From: the human T2T-CHM13v2.0 reference genome, Homo sapiens
Length of the DNA stretch: 64,000 nucleotides
Assembly (NCBI RefSeq): GCF_009914755.1
Contig: NC_060927.1
Direction: 5' to 3' (one strand)
Both the position numbers and the translations under genes were made by a program. The notes beneath the pieces were generated by a model. It was given only the letters and a program-made list of their open reading frames with translations. It was not told where the DNA came from and did not search any database. Each line of letters starts with the position of its first letter. Positions within the stretch are counted from its first letter, which is position 1. Below, piece by piece: positions 27,801 to 42,509 of the stretch.

Positions 27801-30800
27801 TACTGTCTCCTTTTTCATTTCTGATTGTATTTATGTATATGTCTCTTTTTACCTAGTCTGGCTAAAGGTTTGTCAATTTTCTTATATTTTCAAAAAATAA
27901 ATTTTTGTTTCCTTGATCTTTTGTATTGCTTTTTTCCTTTCAACTTTACTTATTTCTGCTCTTTTATAATTTCTTGTACTAATTTTGGGTCTGCTTTGCT
28001 CTTGCTTTCCTATTTCTTTAAGATGCATCATAAGGTTGTTTATTTGAAGTTTTTTCTCTTTTTTGATGTAGACACAGCTATAAACTTCCCTCTTAGTACT
28101 GCTTTTGCTGTATCCCATAAGTTTTGATATGTTGTGTTTCCATTATCATTTGTTTCAAAATATTTTTCAGTTTCATTTTTAATTTCTGCATTGATACACT
28201 GGTCATTCAGGATGATATTGTTTAATGTCTATTCTGCAGCTCTTGAATGAATAAAAAATGTGTATTCTGCAGCTCTTGGATGAAAAGTTCTGTAAATACC
28301 TATTAGATCCATTTTGGTCTATAGTGTAGGTTAAGTCTGATTTTTTTGTTGTTGTTTTTCTGCCTGAAAGATCTGCTCAGTGCTGAAAGTGGGCTATTAA
28401 AGTCTCCAGCTAATACTCTATTGGGACCTATTTTTCTCTTTAGCCCTAATAATATTTTCTTTATATGTCTGGATTCTCCCATGTTGTGTGCATATATATT
28501 TAACACTGTTATATCCTCTTGCTGAATTGACCCCTTTATCATTAAATAGTGACTGTTTTTTCTTACAGTTTTTGTCTTAAAATATAATTTGTCTGTTATA
28601 TGTACAGCAAATTCTGGTCTGTTTTAGTTTCCATTAGCATGGGATATCTTTTCCCATCCCATTATTTTTAGTCTATGTATGTTTTCATAGTTGAAATACA
28701 TTTCTTGCAGGCAATAGATCAATGGGTCTTATTTCCAATCCATTCAGCCGGTTTATGTCTTTTGATAGGAGAGTTTAGTTAATTCACCTTTAATGTAATT
28801 ATCAATAAGTAAGGACTTAAATCTTGCTATTTTGCTATTTGTTTTCTGGTTGCTTTTTGGTTTTCTATTCTTTCTTTCCTTCTTGTCTTCCATTAGTGAA
28901 GGTAATTTTCTCTGGTGCTATAATTTAGTTCCTTGCTTTTTAATTTTTTTTGTATCCACTCTATGTTTTTCAGGTTGAGATTACCATGAGGCTTTCAAAT
29001 AACCCTTGTAACCCATTATTTTAACTTGATAACAAAATAACATTTTTTGCCCACACAAACTCAAGAAAACAAGCAGAAGAAATGTAATAGATACTCACCT
29101 TAACCTTGTGTTCCAAGTTTTTAAGTTTTTGTTGTTTCTCTTTATTTCTTATTGTATGGACTATGTCTTGTAAAGTTGTTGTAGTTATTATTTTTGACTG
29201 GTTCATCGTTTAGTATTTATAATTAGGATAAGACTACACACCACAGTTACAGTGGTAAAATAGTCCATGTTTTTCTATGTACCTACTATTATCAGTAAGT
29301 TTTGTGCGTTCTGATGATTATTTATTGCTCATTAATGTCCTTTTCTTTCTGAGTGAATTATTGCCTTCAGCATTTCTTGTAGGAAAATTCTGGTATTGAT
29401 GAAATCTCTCAGCTTTTGTTTGTCTGCGAAAGTCTTTATTTCTCCTTCATATTTGAAGAACACTTTGACCAGATACACTACTCCAGGGTAACAATTATTT
29501 TTCCTTCAGCACTTTAAATATGCCACTCTCTCCTGGCCTGTGAAATTTCCACTGAAAAGTCTGCTGCCAGACGTATTGGAGCTCCATTGTTTTTTATTTG
29601 TTTCTTTTCTCTTGCTGTTTTTAGAATTATTTCTTTATCCTTGAGCTTTGAGAGTTTAATCATTAAATGCCTTGAGGTTTTTTCTTTGAGTTGAATCTGC
29701 TTGGTGTTCTATAACCTTCTTGTACTTGGATATTGCTGTCTTTCTCTAGATTAGGAAAGTTCTCTATTATTATCTCTTTGAATAAACATTCTACCCCTAT
29801 CTCTTTCTCTATTTCCTCTTTAAAGCCAACAATGCCTAGAATTTCCCTTTTGAAATTATTTTCTAGCTCTTGTAGACACGCTTTATTGTCTTATTCTTTT
29901 TTTGTCTCCTCTGACTGTGTATTTACAAATAGCCTGTCTTCAAGCTCACTAATTCTTTTTATTTTATTTTATTTTATTTTATTTTATTTTATTTTATTTT
30001 ATTTTATTTTATTTGCTTAAAGGACTCTGATGCATTCATCCGTAAGCAAATAGCATTTTAAGGTACAGAATTTTGGTTAATTCTTTCTAATTATTTTAAT
30101 CTCTCTGTTGAATTTATCTGATAGAATTTTAAATTGCTTCTCTGTATTATCTTGAATGTTTTTGAGTTTCCTCAACATTTTGAATTTTCTCTGTGAAAGG
30201 TTACATATATCTATTTCTATAGGATTGGTCCCTAGAGCCCAGTTCACTTGGTGAGGTCATGTTTTCTTGGATACTGTTGATGCGAGTAGATGTTCTTTGG
30301 TGTCTGGACATTGAAGAGTTTGGTATTTATTGTTGTTTTGATTGCCTGAGCTTATTTATAGCTGTCCTTCTTGGGAAGGCTTTCCAGCTATTTGAAATTA
30401 CTTGGATGTTGTAATCTAAGCTGTTTCTGCTTTAACGGGTACTCCAAGCCAAGTAGTACTTTGGTTCTTGCAGAGTCATAGAGGTAAAAAGCCTTGATGG
30501 TCTTAGACAAGATCTGGTAGAATTCTCTGGATTACCAGCTGGAAGCTCTTGTTTTCTTCACATACTCTCTTCTAGACAGATAAAATATCTCTCCTCTGTT
30601 CTGACCCACCTGGAGCTGGAAGTGGGGTGACACAAGCACTACTGTGGTCAATACTACTGGGACTCTGGTAGGTCAGCCCTGAAGCTGGCAGAACACTAGG
30701 TCTCACCGAAGGCCCACTGTAACTGCTACCTGGCTACCATCTATATTCCCTCAAGGCCCTATGGCTATATAATCAACAAGTGGTGAAACCAGCTAGGCTT

Positions 30801-32290
30801 TTGTCCTTCCCTTCAGAGCAGTGGGTTCTCCCAGACCCCAGGCTGGTTCAGAGGTGCTAGCTAGGATCCAGGGTCTGGAGTCAAAAGCCTTAGCATTCTA
30901 CCTGTTGTTCTATTGTATTCCTGCTGAGCTGGCACTCAAACCACGAAACACAGTCCTCATTCCTCCTTCCCCTTTCCACAGGCAGATGATCCTCCTTCTG
31001 TGGTCACCACCACCACAAGCCCATAGGAAGCATCGCTGATGTTTCCTTAAGACCCAAGATTTCTTCAGTCAAATTGTGAGTGCTTCCTGGTCTGGGACTC
31101 ACCTTTCAAGGCACTGGGCTCCTTGTGGCCCAGGGTAGGTCCAGGAATGTCATCCAAGAGCCAAGGCCTGAAATCAGGGATCCCAAGAGCCCACTTGGTG
31201 CTCTATCCCCCTGTGATTTAGCACAGACACCTCAGGTGCAAGGTGAAGTTCCTGTTACTTTTCTGTTCACTTTCCTCTATCAGTGGGAGTCTTCCCCCAT
31301 GCCCACTAGGGCTGGGAATGGGCTGAGTCTCACTCGAAGCCAGCAAGTCTCAAAAGTCTCACCCAAGGCCCTTTGCATACTATCTGTGTATCACTGCTGG
31401 TTTTCCAGATCCCAAGGTGATGGGAAAGCAGGTGTTGGGTCCTGCCAGGACTGGATCCTTTCCTTCAAGGCAGTGAGTTCTCTTCTGTACCACCATGTGT
31501 CTAGAAATGATGTCTAGGAGCTAGGTTCTTGAAAGGGGGCTTCACAACTTTGACAGGTGGCCTAACATGCTGTGGCTGAGCTAATATCCAAGGGATAGGA
31601 CAAAGTCCTCTTCACTTTTCCCTCTCTACTCCTCAAGTGGGAATGGAGGAGTCTCTTTGGAAACTGAGAGCTGCGTAGCCTGGGTTTGGGGAAATGGTGG
31701 TGCAAGCACTTCCTTTAACTACCCTGTGGTGTCTCAGTTAAGTCATGTGCCCCCAAACCACTGGCTCTTAAAGGATATCAGCACTAGTTCTCAGCCAGGG
31801 GTTGTAGTCCTGATTTCCTACACTGCCTTGCAAATTTAAGGTGCCAGAGCACTTTAGCCCACAATTGTGAAGCTTTCCGGAACTCAGGTTCTGACTGCTG
31901 AAATGGGTCATTCCCCTCTGGCTAGGGCTAGTTTAAATACTCTCTCCATGGGTGAGCATCAGCTGACTTCAGCCTGGTTTTGCTTTCTACTGTGACAGGG
32001 CAGCAATGAGTACAATGCAATGTCTCACAATCCCTGTGCCTTCCCTCTCCCATGTGGCTGCTGCCAGGGGCCTGGGGACGGGTGGTGTTGGTGAGTTGAG
32101 ATTGTCTTTCCTACCCTCTTCCAGTGTCTCTTTCAGAAATATGAAGTTAAAACCAGGTACTGTGAGTGCTTACCTGATTGTTGGTTCTGATGAGGTTATT
32201 TTTGTCTATATGTAGATGGTTGTTAAATTGGTCTGCTTGCAGAGGAGATAATCAGTGGACCCTTCTATTTGGCCGTCTTTCTCCAAACCC
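24735..32290 (-). mobile_element. Essentially full-length L1MA1-3-like element (~7.5 kb), inactive
   Basis: 3' UTR 'aatggggtatccatccactcaagcatttatcc'; ORF2 remnants (ORF track 25622-25810, 27882-28118, 28303-28542 EN domain 'VLNIYAHN...GDFNSPLS'); GC-rich 5' UTR ~30400-32290 starting 'ggagaaagacggccaaatagaagg' on the minus strand. Confidence 0.93.
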
Positions 32291-32374
32291 CTGCATTAAG
32301 TTAATTATTAATACACATGTATATATCTGTATTTAGGCATAAATGTATAAAAACGCACAAATAGGCAATAAATG

Positions 32375-32688
32375 GGCTGGGCACAGTGGCTTACGTCTGT
32401 AATCCCAGCACTTTGGGAGGCCAAGTTGGGTGGATTGCCTGAGCTCAGGAGTTTGAGATCAGCCTGGGCAACATGGCAAAATCCTGTCTACTAAAAACAC
32501 AAAAATATAGCCAAGTGTGGTGGCACATGCCTGTAGTCCCAGATACTTGGCAGGCCGAGGTGGGAGAATTGCTTGAGCCTGGGGGTGGAGGTTGCAGTGA
32601 GCTGAGGTCGGGCCATTGCCCTCCAGCCTGTGAGACAGAGCCAGACCCTGTCTTCAAAAAAATTTTTTTAAAATATGAAAATTTAAAA
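32375..32688 (+). mobile_element. AluJ
   Basis: Dimeric Alu 'gattgcctgagctcaggagtttgag'; TSD-like caataaatg on both sides. Confidence 0.94.
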
Positions 32689-33034
32689 AGACAATAAATG
32701 TAAAGATTTTAACAAAAGTATTAAAAGATAACATTAATTTTCATAATACATTATTAAATCTAGTCATTATATTAAATAAAACAATGTATCATTACATTAT
32801 TTTGATAAATCATAAGAATGTTTTTAATAAAAAGAAAATCATAGCCATTATCTTCTACACATATTTATACTTCCCATAATTATTATACTTATTCTGGTTG
32901 TACATTATATTAATCATCAATTTTAAAATAGTGATTTAAACCCAATAATGGTTACTTAAATTAATTTCATCAAACATAATAGTTTCTTCTTATCCCTGGT
33001 TAACCATGATCTGAAAGTATTGCTATCTTGAGAA

Positions 33035-33268
33035 ACAGAGAAAGAAAGAAAGCTAGACCACATTTACCATAACTTTTATTACAGTATACTGTTGTAATTA
33101 TTCTATTTTATCTTATTGTTGTAAATTTCTTACCGACATCACTGATAAGTTAAACTTTATCATGGGTATGTATAACAGAAAAACATAGTATATGTACAGT
33201 TTGGTACTATCAATAATTCAGTCATACACTGTCTTGGAATGTATACCCTTCAGTAATGGGGACCACTG
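33035..33268 (+). mobile_element. MER44/Tigger7 3' fragment
   Basis: 'ttttattacagtatactgttgtaatt...aaactttatcatgggtatg...ggggaccactg' followed by TA. Confidence 0.75.
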
Positions 33269-33426
33269 TAATTAATTAATATTTTTTCAGACATGAGGAA
33301 AAAAATACTGATAATAACCTTCAAATAAAAATAAATAGTGAAAACTGTTTAGCTATTTTTTCTTAATAAGAACTTATCTTAACAATTTTGAAATGAAAAA
33401 TAGTAAATGTATACATATAATATTAG

Positions 33427-33789
<363 letters not shown>

Positions 33790-35539
33790 ATGTTTTCTTA
33801 ACTTTAGCCATTCAAATACATAAGACGAATTATGATTGCTGACCATTGTTTTGCTTCTATTTCCACTTAAAAATTGTCCTGCCATCTAAAGATTATGTAA
33901 CAGTGAATATAATCATTTTGTATAAAATGAACTCTATAAAGAAATATCAGACATTGCCATTCTGTTTAGTATGTGTATATATATGTATATATACAACTAT
34001 TAATTATATATATATATATATAAACACCTATTAACACCTATTAATTTTCCTAATTCACAAACACAATGCTGGAAATTCAGGTAGCTTAACCATAAATCAT
34101 GAGATATTTAATTCTAATCTTGTATAAACCAAATATTATGCTGACTTTTTAAATGATAAATTAAATTTTAGAGATTATATAAATCATCCCAAGAGAACTC
34201 TTACTCTGTATTGGAACCTTTTCTTTGTAGTAAGCATGAATGAAAGCTGTTGTGCAAGTACTTTTTAAAGTCACCAAAGGAAACAAATACTTTATTAACT
34301 CTTCTTTCTCTTAGATATTTTGAATACCTTTTCTAGATTAGATACTCCTAGAGTATGCACATTACAGTGCAATTATTTCTTTCTCATCAATCTTTAAAAA
34401 CTTTAAAGTGAAAAAAAAGAAGCCAAGAAGTGAAACAAAAAAAAAAGTGAGATGGAGCCAGCTTCATACATACATGAAGCTATCACTATAGAAAGCTAAT
34501 ATTATTTTTTTGTTAGGAGAAGGCAGATAGTTTAAATGTAGTAAAAGACATTTTGGCATGAATAACAAAAAAGAATGTGTGGTTGAAATAACCTGGGTAC
34601 TTGAAGAATGCAACAAACTATATGATTAGTAAATCAATACTCATTAATTTCTCAAATAGAAACAAGTGGAGCATCTCCTGTGCTAAATGAAATGTTTTTA
34701 TTTCCTTTAGAGGAGTTCTCCCCTGTTTATTGTGAGAGCTTCTCAGTAAAATTTCTGTTCACCTTAAAATTTCATCAAGTGGCTAGTTCGATCTTACATT
34801 GTCCTGGTGAAGTTGTGCCAATTAGAAAAAAATTACAATTTATATAATTTAGCATTATTTCAAGAATATGTGGAAAAGGAGGTAATTGGTCTGGAAGAAA
34901 CACATTAAGAAGGCAAATAAGAACTGCAATAGTTGGTAAGGATGATGTTTATGCAAACTTGTGCCCCTGGAACCTAACCAAAGTCCAATAAAAGACCTGA
35001 TGCTGAGCAGAAAAACAAAACAAAACAAAAAAAAACAGAACTAAATTTTCAGAGACTTAAAGACAAAACTCAGAAAGAAGCATTTTATATGGTTTCAAAT
35101 GGTGAACAGAAGACAAAATTTTCTGGTGTCTGTTCTAAGGAGAATCCATGAACTCCTCAATCCCAAGACTGCTTCAAGACAGTTGATCATCTTTATATCT
35201 GTTCTGTCACCTTTTCCATGTATAGATTAAAAAAAATACAAAACAAACAAGAAATAAAAACACCCAAGACAAAAGACAAGTGATCAAACCATAGGAACAG
35301 ATATTGGAATACTAGAGAAAAAGTCTTTAATAAACAGTAGAGATCTGATCAGATGAAAAAAAGTCACAGAAGACTTTATTTCTTTGTAAACAAACAAAAC
35401 AAAATAAATCCAAAATACTGATGCTAAATTCATTATAAGTTGACCATACAAGTATAAGAATGGTGGCGTCATTTGGGAAGAAACACTTAGATTATAGATG
35501 TTTATGCTGTTATTGGACTTGAGCTATGGCAATGACGTA

Positions 35540-36058
35540 TTGATGGAACTTTTACTTCTCTCAAAAACCACTAGGAACATACCTGTAGTCAGATAAAATT
35601 GAGTTTATTGTATTATTGGAAAGTGGGAGACTGCACATCATAGAGAACCATAGTGTTTCTCAGTAAGAGGACAAATATTTGAACTTGTGCTTTGGTGAGG
35701 CACTTTTCATGAGCATTTATAAAAATGGAGGTTTGCTACATGTTGTATACTGTCAAGAACTAGAGAGAATTCCAAATTTTGATCAAGAAGTCAGAAAAAC
35801 TAAAGTTGTCATGATAAAGAAGCAGGAGCCATTTACATTAGCTAGTTTCGTGATTTTTGTGGTTTGGACAATGTTCTTGTGTTTCTTTGCGCTCAGACAA
35901 GATTATGAGGTAGTCTTGCTCTTGGTTACTGTTGCTTCTCTGATATTAATTTTCTAATATTCTGTATTTTTAAAAATGCTGAACATGAGAATGCACTGAT
36001 TATTTGTGATTTCCAAGTCAGCTTCTGAATGCCAAATGTCACTTTTTTTCTTTCTTGG
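35540..36058 (-). mobile_element. Probable ERV solo LTR (MER90-like, uncertain)
   Basis: Antisense polyA signal 'gagtttattg'; minus-strand start 'agaaagaaaaaaagtgacatttggcattcagaagctgacttgg'. Confidence 0.45.
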
Positions 36059-37509
36059 GTAGTGAAATTTAAAATTAATAAAATTTCACTAAGCCACCAT
36101 GTACCTTTCTGAATATTTTTATCAGTTATCTAATAGTAATATTCTACATAGAATTGTAAAAGAAGATTAACTGCCAGTGACTTTCTAGATTGAAAGGGGT
36201 CTGTAATATTCTTTGACAGTTACTGGAAAATGTATAGAATCCTGAAGTAAATCAGAGACTTATGCTTTATTTATAAGAATTACAGATGAGTGGACTTTCT
36301 TTAATTAAGGTTTTTTGGCAGCAAATGGGTTAAAAAAGAAATGCCAATCAGGAATAAATTCCAAAAAGTTCTGCAGGTAGCCCACCTTCAATGAATGTAT
36401 ATTCTACTTTGTTCCTAGTTCAGTTACCGGCTATGAGAGCAACAATTAGACCAATATAATGCAATTCTTCCTCTAAAAAAAAACCCCAAATCATAATGTA
36501 TACAACTATCTATTCTGACTTTGCCTTATATCATTACGTTTTGGATGCATTTCATATTTATATATAAAATGTTATATACGTTCTTATTTTTTGAAAAGAA
36601 ATCAGTTTACTTTTTATTTAATATTTACTTGTGAGAGCTTTTATAAAAATTCCAAGTGTGTAGTTTTTTATGTGTTTAAACTTTTATGCTTTCAAATCTC
36701 TTTTCTATGATCTATTAATTAGCAAACCGCTGCATGTCTTAAAGCTCAGTATTGCTCAGAATGGAACACACTTTTATTCTCCATTACCATGAAAATGTTT
36801 GTATTCGTGGTAGATTTCCCTGGAGAACTTTGGTTAGTCGACCTTTTAAAATTTCAGGCTAAAAAATAAATCCTTCAAAAATTAAATTGTCTTTAGTGGT
36901 AGAACTAGAAGAGGCCTTATTAATATTCACCTAATTCTTGTTTTTCTTTTCATAAATGGGTTTAAGTTATTTCTCCAAAGACATGTGGCTAATAAATGCA
37001 AAGTAAGGACCAGAATTCAGGTTTCATGATTTCCAGAAGTCCCTTTGTGTTTTTCTCCTTAAAATTTCCAAGCTTTCTGTGTATATGTGTTTGTGTGTAT
37101 GTGTGGGTGTGTGCACACGTGCACGTGTGTATTTGTATGCAGGCATACATGCATTTGAGTATCTTTTCAGAAACTAATCATCTCCAGGACAAGTCATTGT
37201 TATTTTCCACTCTGCAGTATTCTGCAGCATCTCTTTATCCCAATTTTTTCCATCAAGAAGTTGGAAGGAATACCTTAAAACATAAATTCCATGTTTGCAT
37301 TTCTAGGTTCAAAAACCATCTATCATTTTCCACTGTTGGTTCCTAAGAAAAAACTCAGAATGTCTAATCTTATCTTCAGGATCCTGCTATAGCTGTTTCT
37401 TTCCCCACTCTACAGCTTCCAGTGATACCATTCTTGCCTCCAGTCACAACTTCCCATGCCCCCTAGCCTTGTTTGCATCATCAAAGACACCATATACATA
37501 TATGTAAGA

Positions 37510-37847
37510 CATACGTGAAGAATTTGGCTCATGCTCTATGAGGGCTGGCAAGATTAAAATCTATAGGGAAGCCAGCAGGCTGGAAACTCAGGCAATATTT
37601 GCATATTATTGTCTTTCTTAAGTCAGAATTCCTTCTCATCTTGGAAACGTCGGTTTTTACTCTTAAAGCACTTCAACTAATTGGGTGAGGCCCACCTACA
37701 TTATTGACGTAGTTTTACTTAAAGTCAAATGATTGGAAATGTTAATCATGTCTACAAAATATCCTCTTATCACCATTCAGACTAGTGTTTGACCCAAAAA
37801 CTGGGCACCATAGACTAGCCAAGTAACCCATAAAGTTAACTACCACA
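37510..37847 (-). mobile_element. MLT2 (MLT2D-like) LTR fragment
   Basis: 'ttcaactaattgggtgaggcccacc...ctgggcaccatagactagccaag...aaagttaactaccaca'. Confidence 0.8.
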
Positions 37848-37999
37848 GGTGCCAATATTATCTTCCAAAAAGGTTCACTTAGGGTACCTGCAATCAACTA
37901 TTACTGTTAGGATTTAGCTACATATCTAGTTGGAGTCAATTGATCAAGGACCCTATGGACTCAATGGCTGGATAAGCACATCAAGGATACAGTCCTGGT

Positions 38000-38356
38000 C
38001 TATCAGTCAGGGTAGAGTCAGAAAAACAGAAACGTGATTCTATTTTAAACAGATAATTTTATGTTAGAAATTGGTTATGTATATATTATAAATGGTAGAA
38101 GAGCAAAAGGAAGACAGAATGATACTGCAAGGAAAATTGAAAAAAGATTTATTCACAGAGATAAGTGCTTATAAATAGCAGTTACCAAAGGCTATAATCA
38201 CTAGGGCTGGAGTAAACCAAAACGGAGAAGTATCAGAGCCCTGGAGTATATTCGCTACTGAACAAACTGCTGAGTTGTTCTTTGCATGTTGTTGGAATCA
38301 CAAAGGTGGGTCTTACAAACATAGCCGCTTCCAGAAGTGCTACTGGGAAGTAAGAA

Positions 38357-38392
<36 letters not shown>

Positions 38393-38580
38393 TAAGGATA
38401 AAGAAAAGAATATCTTACATCTATATGCCCATCATTGGATAGTCTCATCTTCCAAACACCATACTTTCTTCTGGACAAACCTAACTAAGGAGTTTTGGAA
38501 ATGTTTGCAGACTTTCAACTCCAGTAATTCAGAGAAGGTCATATATGAGACTGATACATTAGCAGTATATAACTGGAGCA
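38000..38580 (-). mobile_element. ERVL LTR (LTR33-like)
   Basis: 'tatcagtcagggtagagtcagaaaaacagaaac...' resembles the antisense end of LTR33. Confidence 0.45.
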
Positions 38581-41225
38581 CCGTATGTATCATTTTGGAT
38601 TTAAAAAGCCTGAAGAGGTCTTTACATCCTTATGGGAATGACTGCAAAATATTTCCAGCCAACACTACAAATATTACCAGTAAGAGTTTAATTTGGACTT
38701 TCATTGTCCTGATGGTACAGATAGCTGAAATGTATTTGCTGCTTCTAGTGCATGGTCATTGAAACCCTTTGGAGTTGTATTTCTCATTAGGGCCACAACC
38801 TTCCTCAAAGGCTTAGATTAAAACTAACATCCATTTATATCTACTGCCTTAACAGATACGTTTGAAAATAAATGAAAACAAAAACAGTATTATAAAATTG
38901 TTTTCTTGCTCTTTTGGTATTTTTTTTCTAACTTTGCTGTTTTGCCATAGGGGTAAGAATATTATTATACAGCAAAACCAGTGGGATCTCTTTAATTCAG
39001 CGTCCAGTTATTTATAAGACTTCAAAATATTTGTCTACTATTTTACAAATATTTTACAAACCTCCTCATCCTGAGAGACTTTAGAGAGGGCTCTCATGTT
39101 TACTCTAAAATATTTCTTTAGGCTACAATGTGACATACATACACACATTTTCAGGTTCCTTAGTTAATATCTACACCAAAGCTTGCGATATCACTTTAGT
39201 GATGAAATATCATTATTAGATGACTTCCCACCTCTGGTAAAGTGTTCAGGTCCATGCTGCTGTATCTGCCAATGTTGATATTTATTATTAATATCCAGTA
39301 GAGCTTTTAAAAATAAAATTATTCATTTTTTAACATCCTGTCTTCCCCAAATTTAAGCAGAATTCAAAAAAATATATGAGAGACTTCAGAAGTCTAGACA
39401 TGTTCATCCATGATTTACTCCAAAAACAAATTTAGTTTTTACTGAATTTCAGATCATTGACATTTTTGTGTTTCTAGCTTAATGTTCTAGAAAAGCCCAA
39501 AGTGGAAATCTGAGTTAGGCTGTTGGTGAAAATTGTCTCTTCCAGAATGTATGTGCAACTGCTAACCATATTGTGAGCAACATGTGCCCTGAAGAATAAA
39601 GAGAAAGGCATAATTGTGAATAGAAAAGTAGGAGGGATAAGGGTGGTAGAGAGAATTCTGTGTCTTCTATCTCACCTTGTCAAGGTTATTGTTTTTATTC
39701 TCCTTGGTAGACAAATATATAACGTGTGTGTGTGTGTGTATGTGTGTGTGTGTGTGTGTATCTTCAGTGGTATGCAAAGGTAGAATTTAGAAACTGACAC
39801 CTTGAGTTTGACTATGTGGCTCTTGCCTTTTTTGTCTACTCTCTTTCTTGGCTTAGCAAAGCAACAGCCATTAGCAAAGCAACAGCCGGGACCTAGATGT
39901 ACGCACATGTTCTTGGGTTCTGCTTAATTTCCAAATGAGGGAGAACACAAAGATTTTTACCCCTTTTTATGGATTAATACTGGGAGCCCTGAAATAAGAA
40001 AATTAGGATAGACTGAAGTGGATTTAACAGACTTTATAATATACATATATGTTATAATTTCAGTTTATAATGTATTACATATAGTATTTCTTTTAAAGAC
40101 AGAGCATGCTCTACATATATTGGTTGACTCTCCAGTGACAGAGCTTGTGTTTGCTCCCCCGTTGTTCTCTGGAGGATTCAAATAGAATATGATCCCCCAG
40201 GATTTTAAGTGGTCTTTCCTGTTCCCTGATACCAGGAGAACCTCTCCTGGAGATAATAACAAGTTGAAGGCTGAAAAATCTCAACTAGATAGAATAAGTT
40301 CTAAATATCATGGCTTGCTTTTTCTCTTTGGGAAGAATCAGATTGAAAATAGTTCAGATTTTGGAGGCCATTTAGTGTATTTACAATGATCTAACTATGC
40401 CATAGTAGAGCAAAGACTAGTAACCAGCTCCCAGCTGTTGTTGCTTTGCTAAGCAAAGAAATAGACAATACATAATTAATCCATTTGGCTATGTTACAAT
40501 GAAACTTTCTAGAGACTAGAATTTTCACATGCCACAAAATAGTTATTTTATAAAATTCTTTTCCAACACGTAAACATCATTTTAGCTCATAGGCTGTACC
40601 AAATCAGGTTATCGAGCTGTAGTTTAACCACCCCTGGTTTAACATATCACAGCAGCAGAATTTGAGGCTAATTAAAATAGCACACTTCAGGGGATTTTCC
40701 AGCAAAAGAAAAAGCATGTGGAAAATACACATATAAAAGCCCTTTAGGAGAAGGACTACTGCTGTATGAGAACAATAGTTTAAACAAAATAGTAATAATA
40801 ATATGAGTATTCTAGAAGTTTCCATCTCTGCACAAAATGCTGTCTGGAATATAAACTATAAATATAAACTTGTGAATTAAAATTTAGTAGGAAAATTGAA
40901 GAAGCTGAGATAAGTTATAAGTGGCCTAGGGAAGCTAGTTGAAGAAATAACTAAAAAAACATATTCTTAAATCTTTGTTTTGCTTCGTTTCACTTTTTAA
41001 ACTTTGTAATGTAAGGTGGCATTATAATTGGATTTTAATGTTGATGATATAGAGAGTGTTTAAAATGTTGAGCACCTATTAAGATTTAATTAAAAAGATA
41101 ATATTTAAAGTATGCATTTTAATATATTTATTTTCCTAATGGAGTAAATTGTTAACAATAGATCGAATTTGATAATGATAGTGCTATTTATATCTAAGAG
41201 TTTTTGCTGTGTAAGATAGGCTATT

Positions 41226-41591
41226 CTACTATGCAGCCATAGAAAAGAATGAGATCACGTTCTTTGCAGAAACATGGATGGAGCTGGAGGTCATTATCCT
41301 AAGATAACTAATTGAAGAACAGAAAACCAAATACTGCATGTTCTCTCTTATAAGCGGGAGCTAAATACTGAGTACACATGAACACAAAGAAAGCAATAAC
41401 AGACTCTGGACCCTGCTTTAGGGTGGAGGGTGAGAGGAGGGTAAAGATCGATAAACTACCTATTGGTCACTATGCTTATTACCTGGGTGACAAAATAATC
41501 TGTATACCAAAGCTGCTGACACACAATTTACCCATGTAACAAACCTGCACATGCACTCCTCAACCTAAAATAAAAGTTAAAAAAAAAAAAA
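41226..41591 (+). mobile_element. L1PA15/16-like 5'-truncated insertion
   Basis: ORF2 end, 3' UTR and poly-A; TSD aagat(a/t)ggctatt at 41213-41225 and 41592-41604. Confidence 0.92.
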
Positions 41592-42249
41592 AAGATTGGC
41601 TATTGTAATTAAATCCTACTGTATTCTGTTAACTCAACAGGTTAAATATAATCAAACTTGGCGAGTCACATTTTAAAGTTACTTAACATTTTGGCTCCTC
41701 TTTTTTAATATTTCTGTAATAAAATAATTGAGATGGTTACATTCACTATTATGTGGAAATATTCCTCTATGATGTTGATTGGACACATTTGAACATTTGT
41801 TTTTTGGAAATTAACAAGCCAAGCATTTCTCTTTGTGAGACAAATATGCAATTACTTTAAATTTTAAACACTAGTAAATTTTAAAACCTTAACATTGTTA
41901 GGCTGAATAGTTTTCAGATGTAGTGATGATAGTAACTTTTTAAAAATAACTATTCATATGATGCAGAGCACCTTCATGATTATGAATTCAGTTCTATAAA
42001 ACAATTGTATGCATGCTTTAGAGATCTATGAAATTTATATTATATAATTATTTTTCTCACCTCCTGGATATTCTTTTATTTCAAGCATTAAAACCAAAAG
42101 TCAAACCAGCAGATTTCATATTTTATTGGTTCTTTTTTCAGTTATTCTGTGTATGCCACCCATATTTGTTCAAGGCATGTGAAACTGGCAAATAATAGCT
42201 TAGTCTTAGAAGAAAATAATCTAAATTGTTATTTTAAAAGTATATATGC

Positions 42250-42420
42250 AGTCCTCTGATCACAGGCCTAACCCATAAGATAACTTGATATAATTCCCCC
42301 TTTGTAACACTTACCACAATACCAAATCTTTGAAGGAGTGTCCTTGACTCTTCCAAATACGCTTGTATCTCCAAATCCTAGTACAATGCATAACATATAA
42401 TAGGTACCCAATAAATGTTT
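42250..42420 (+). mobile_element. L2 3' end
   Basis: 'gtatctccaaatcctagtacaatgcataacatataataggtacccaataaatgttt'. Confidence 0.65.
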
Positions 42421-42509
42421 TTTGAGGTGAAGTTTCTCTCTTGTCACCCAGGCTGGAGTGCAATGGTGTGATCTTGGCTCACTGCAACCGCAGCCTCCCA
42501 GGTTCAAGT
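42418..42509 (-). mobile_element. Alu right-arm 3' fragment (~90 bp)
   Basis: 'gaggtgaagtttctctcttgtcacccaggctggagtgcaatgg...ggttcaagt'. Confidence 0.9.

Noticed and set aside
30400-32290. GC-richer block with 145-aa ORF, possible promoter or exon
   Set aside because: It is the antisense 5' UTR of the L1MA element and is CpG-depleted
38337-38762. 141-aa ORF
   Set aside because: Begins in a (TA)n(GA)n microsatellite within an LTR remnant; no recognisable domain
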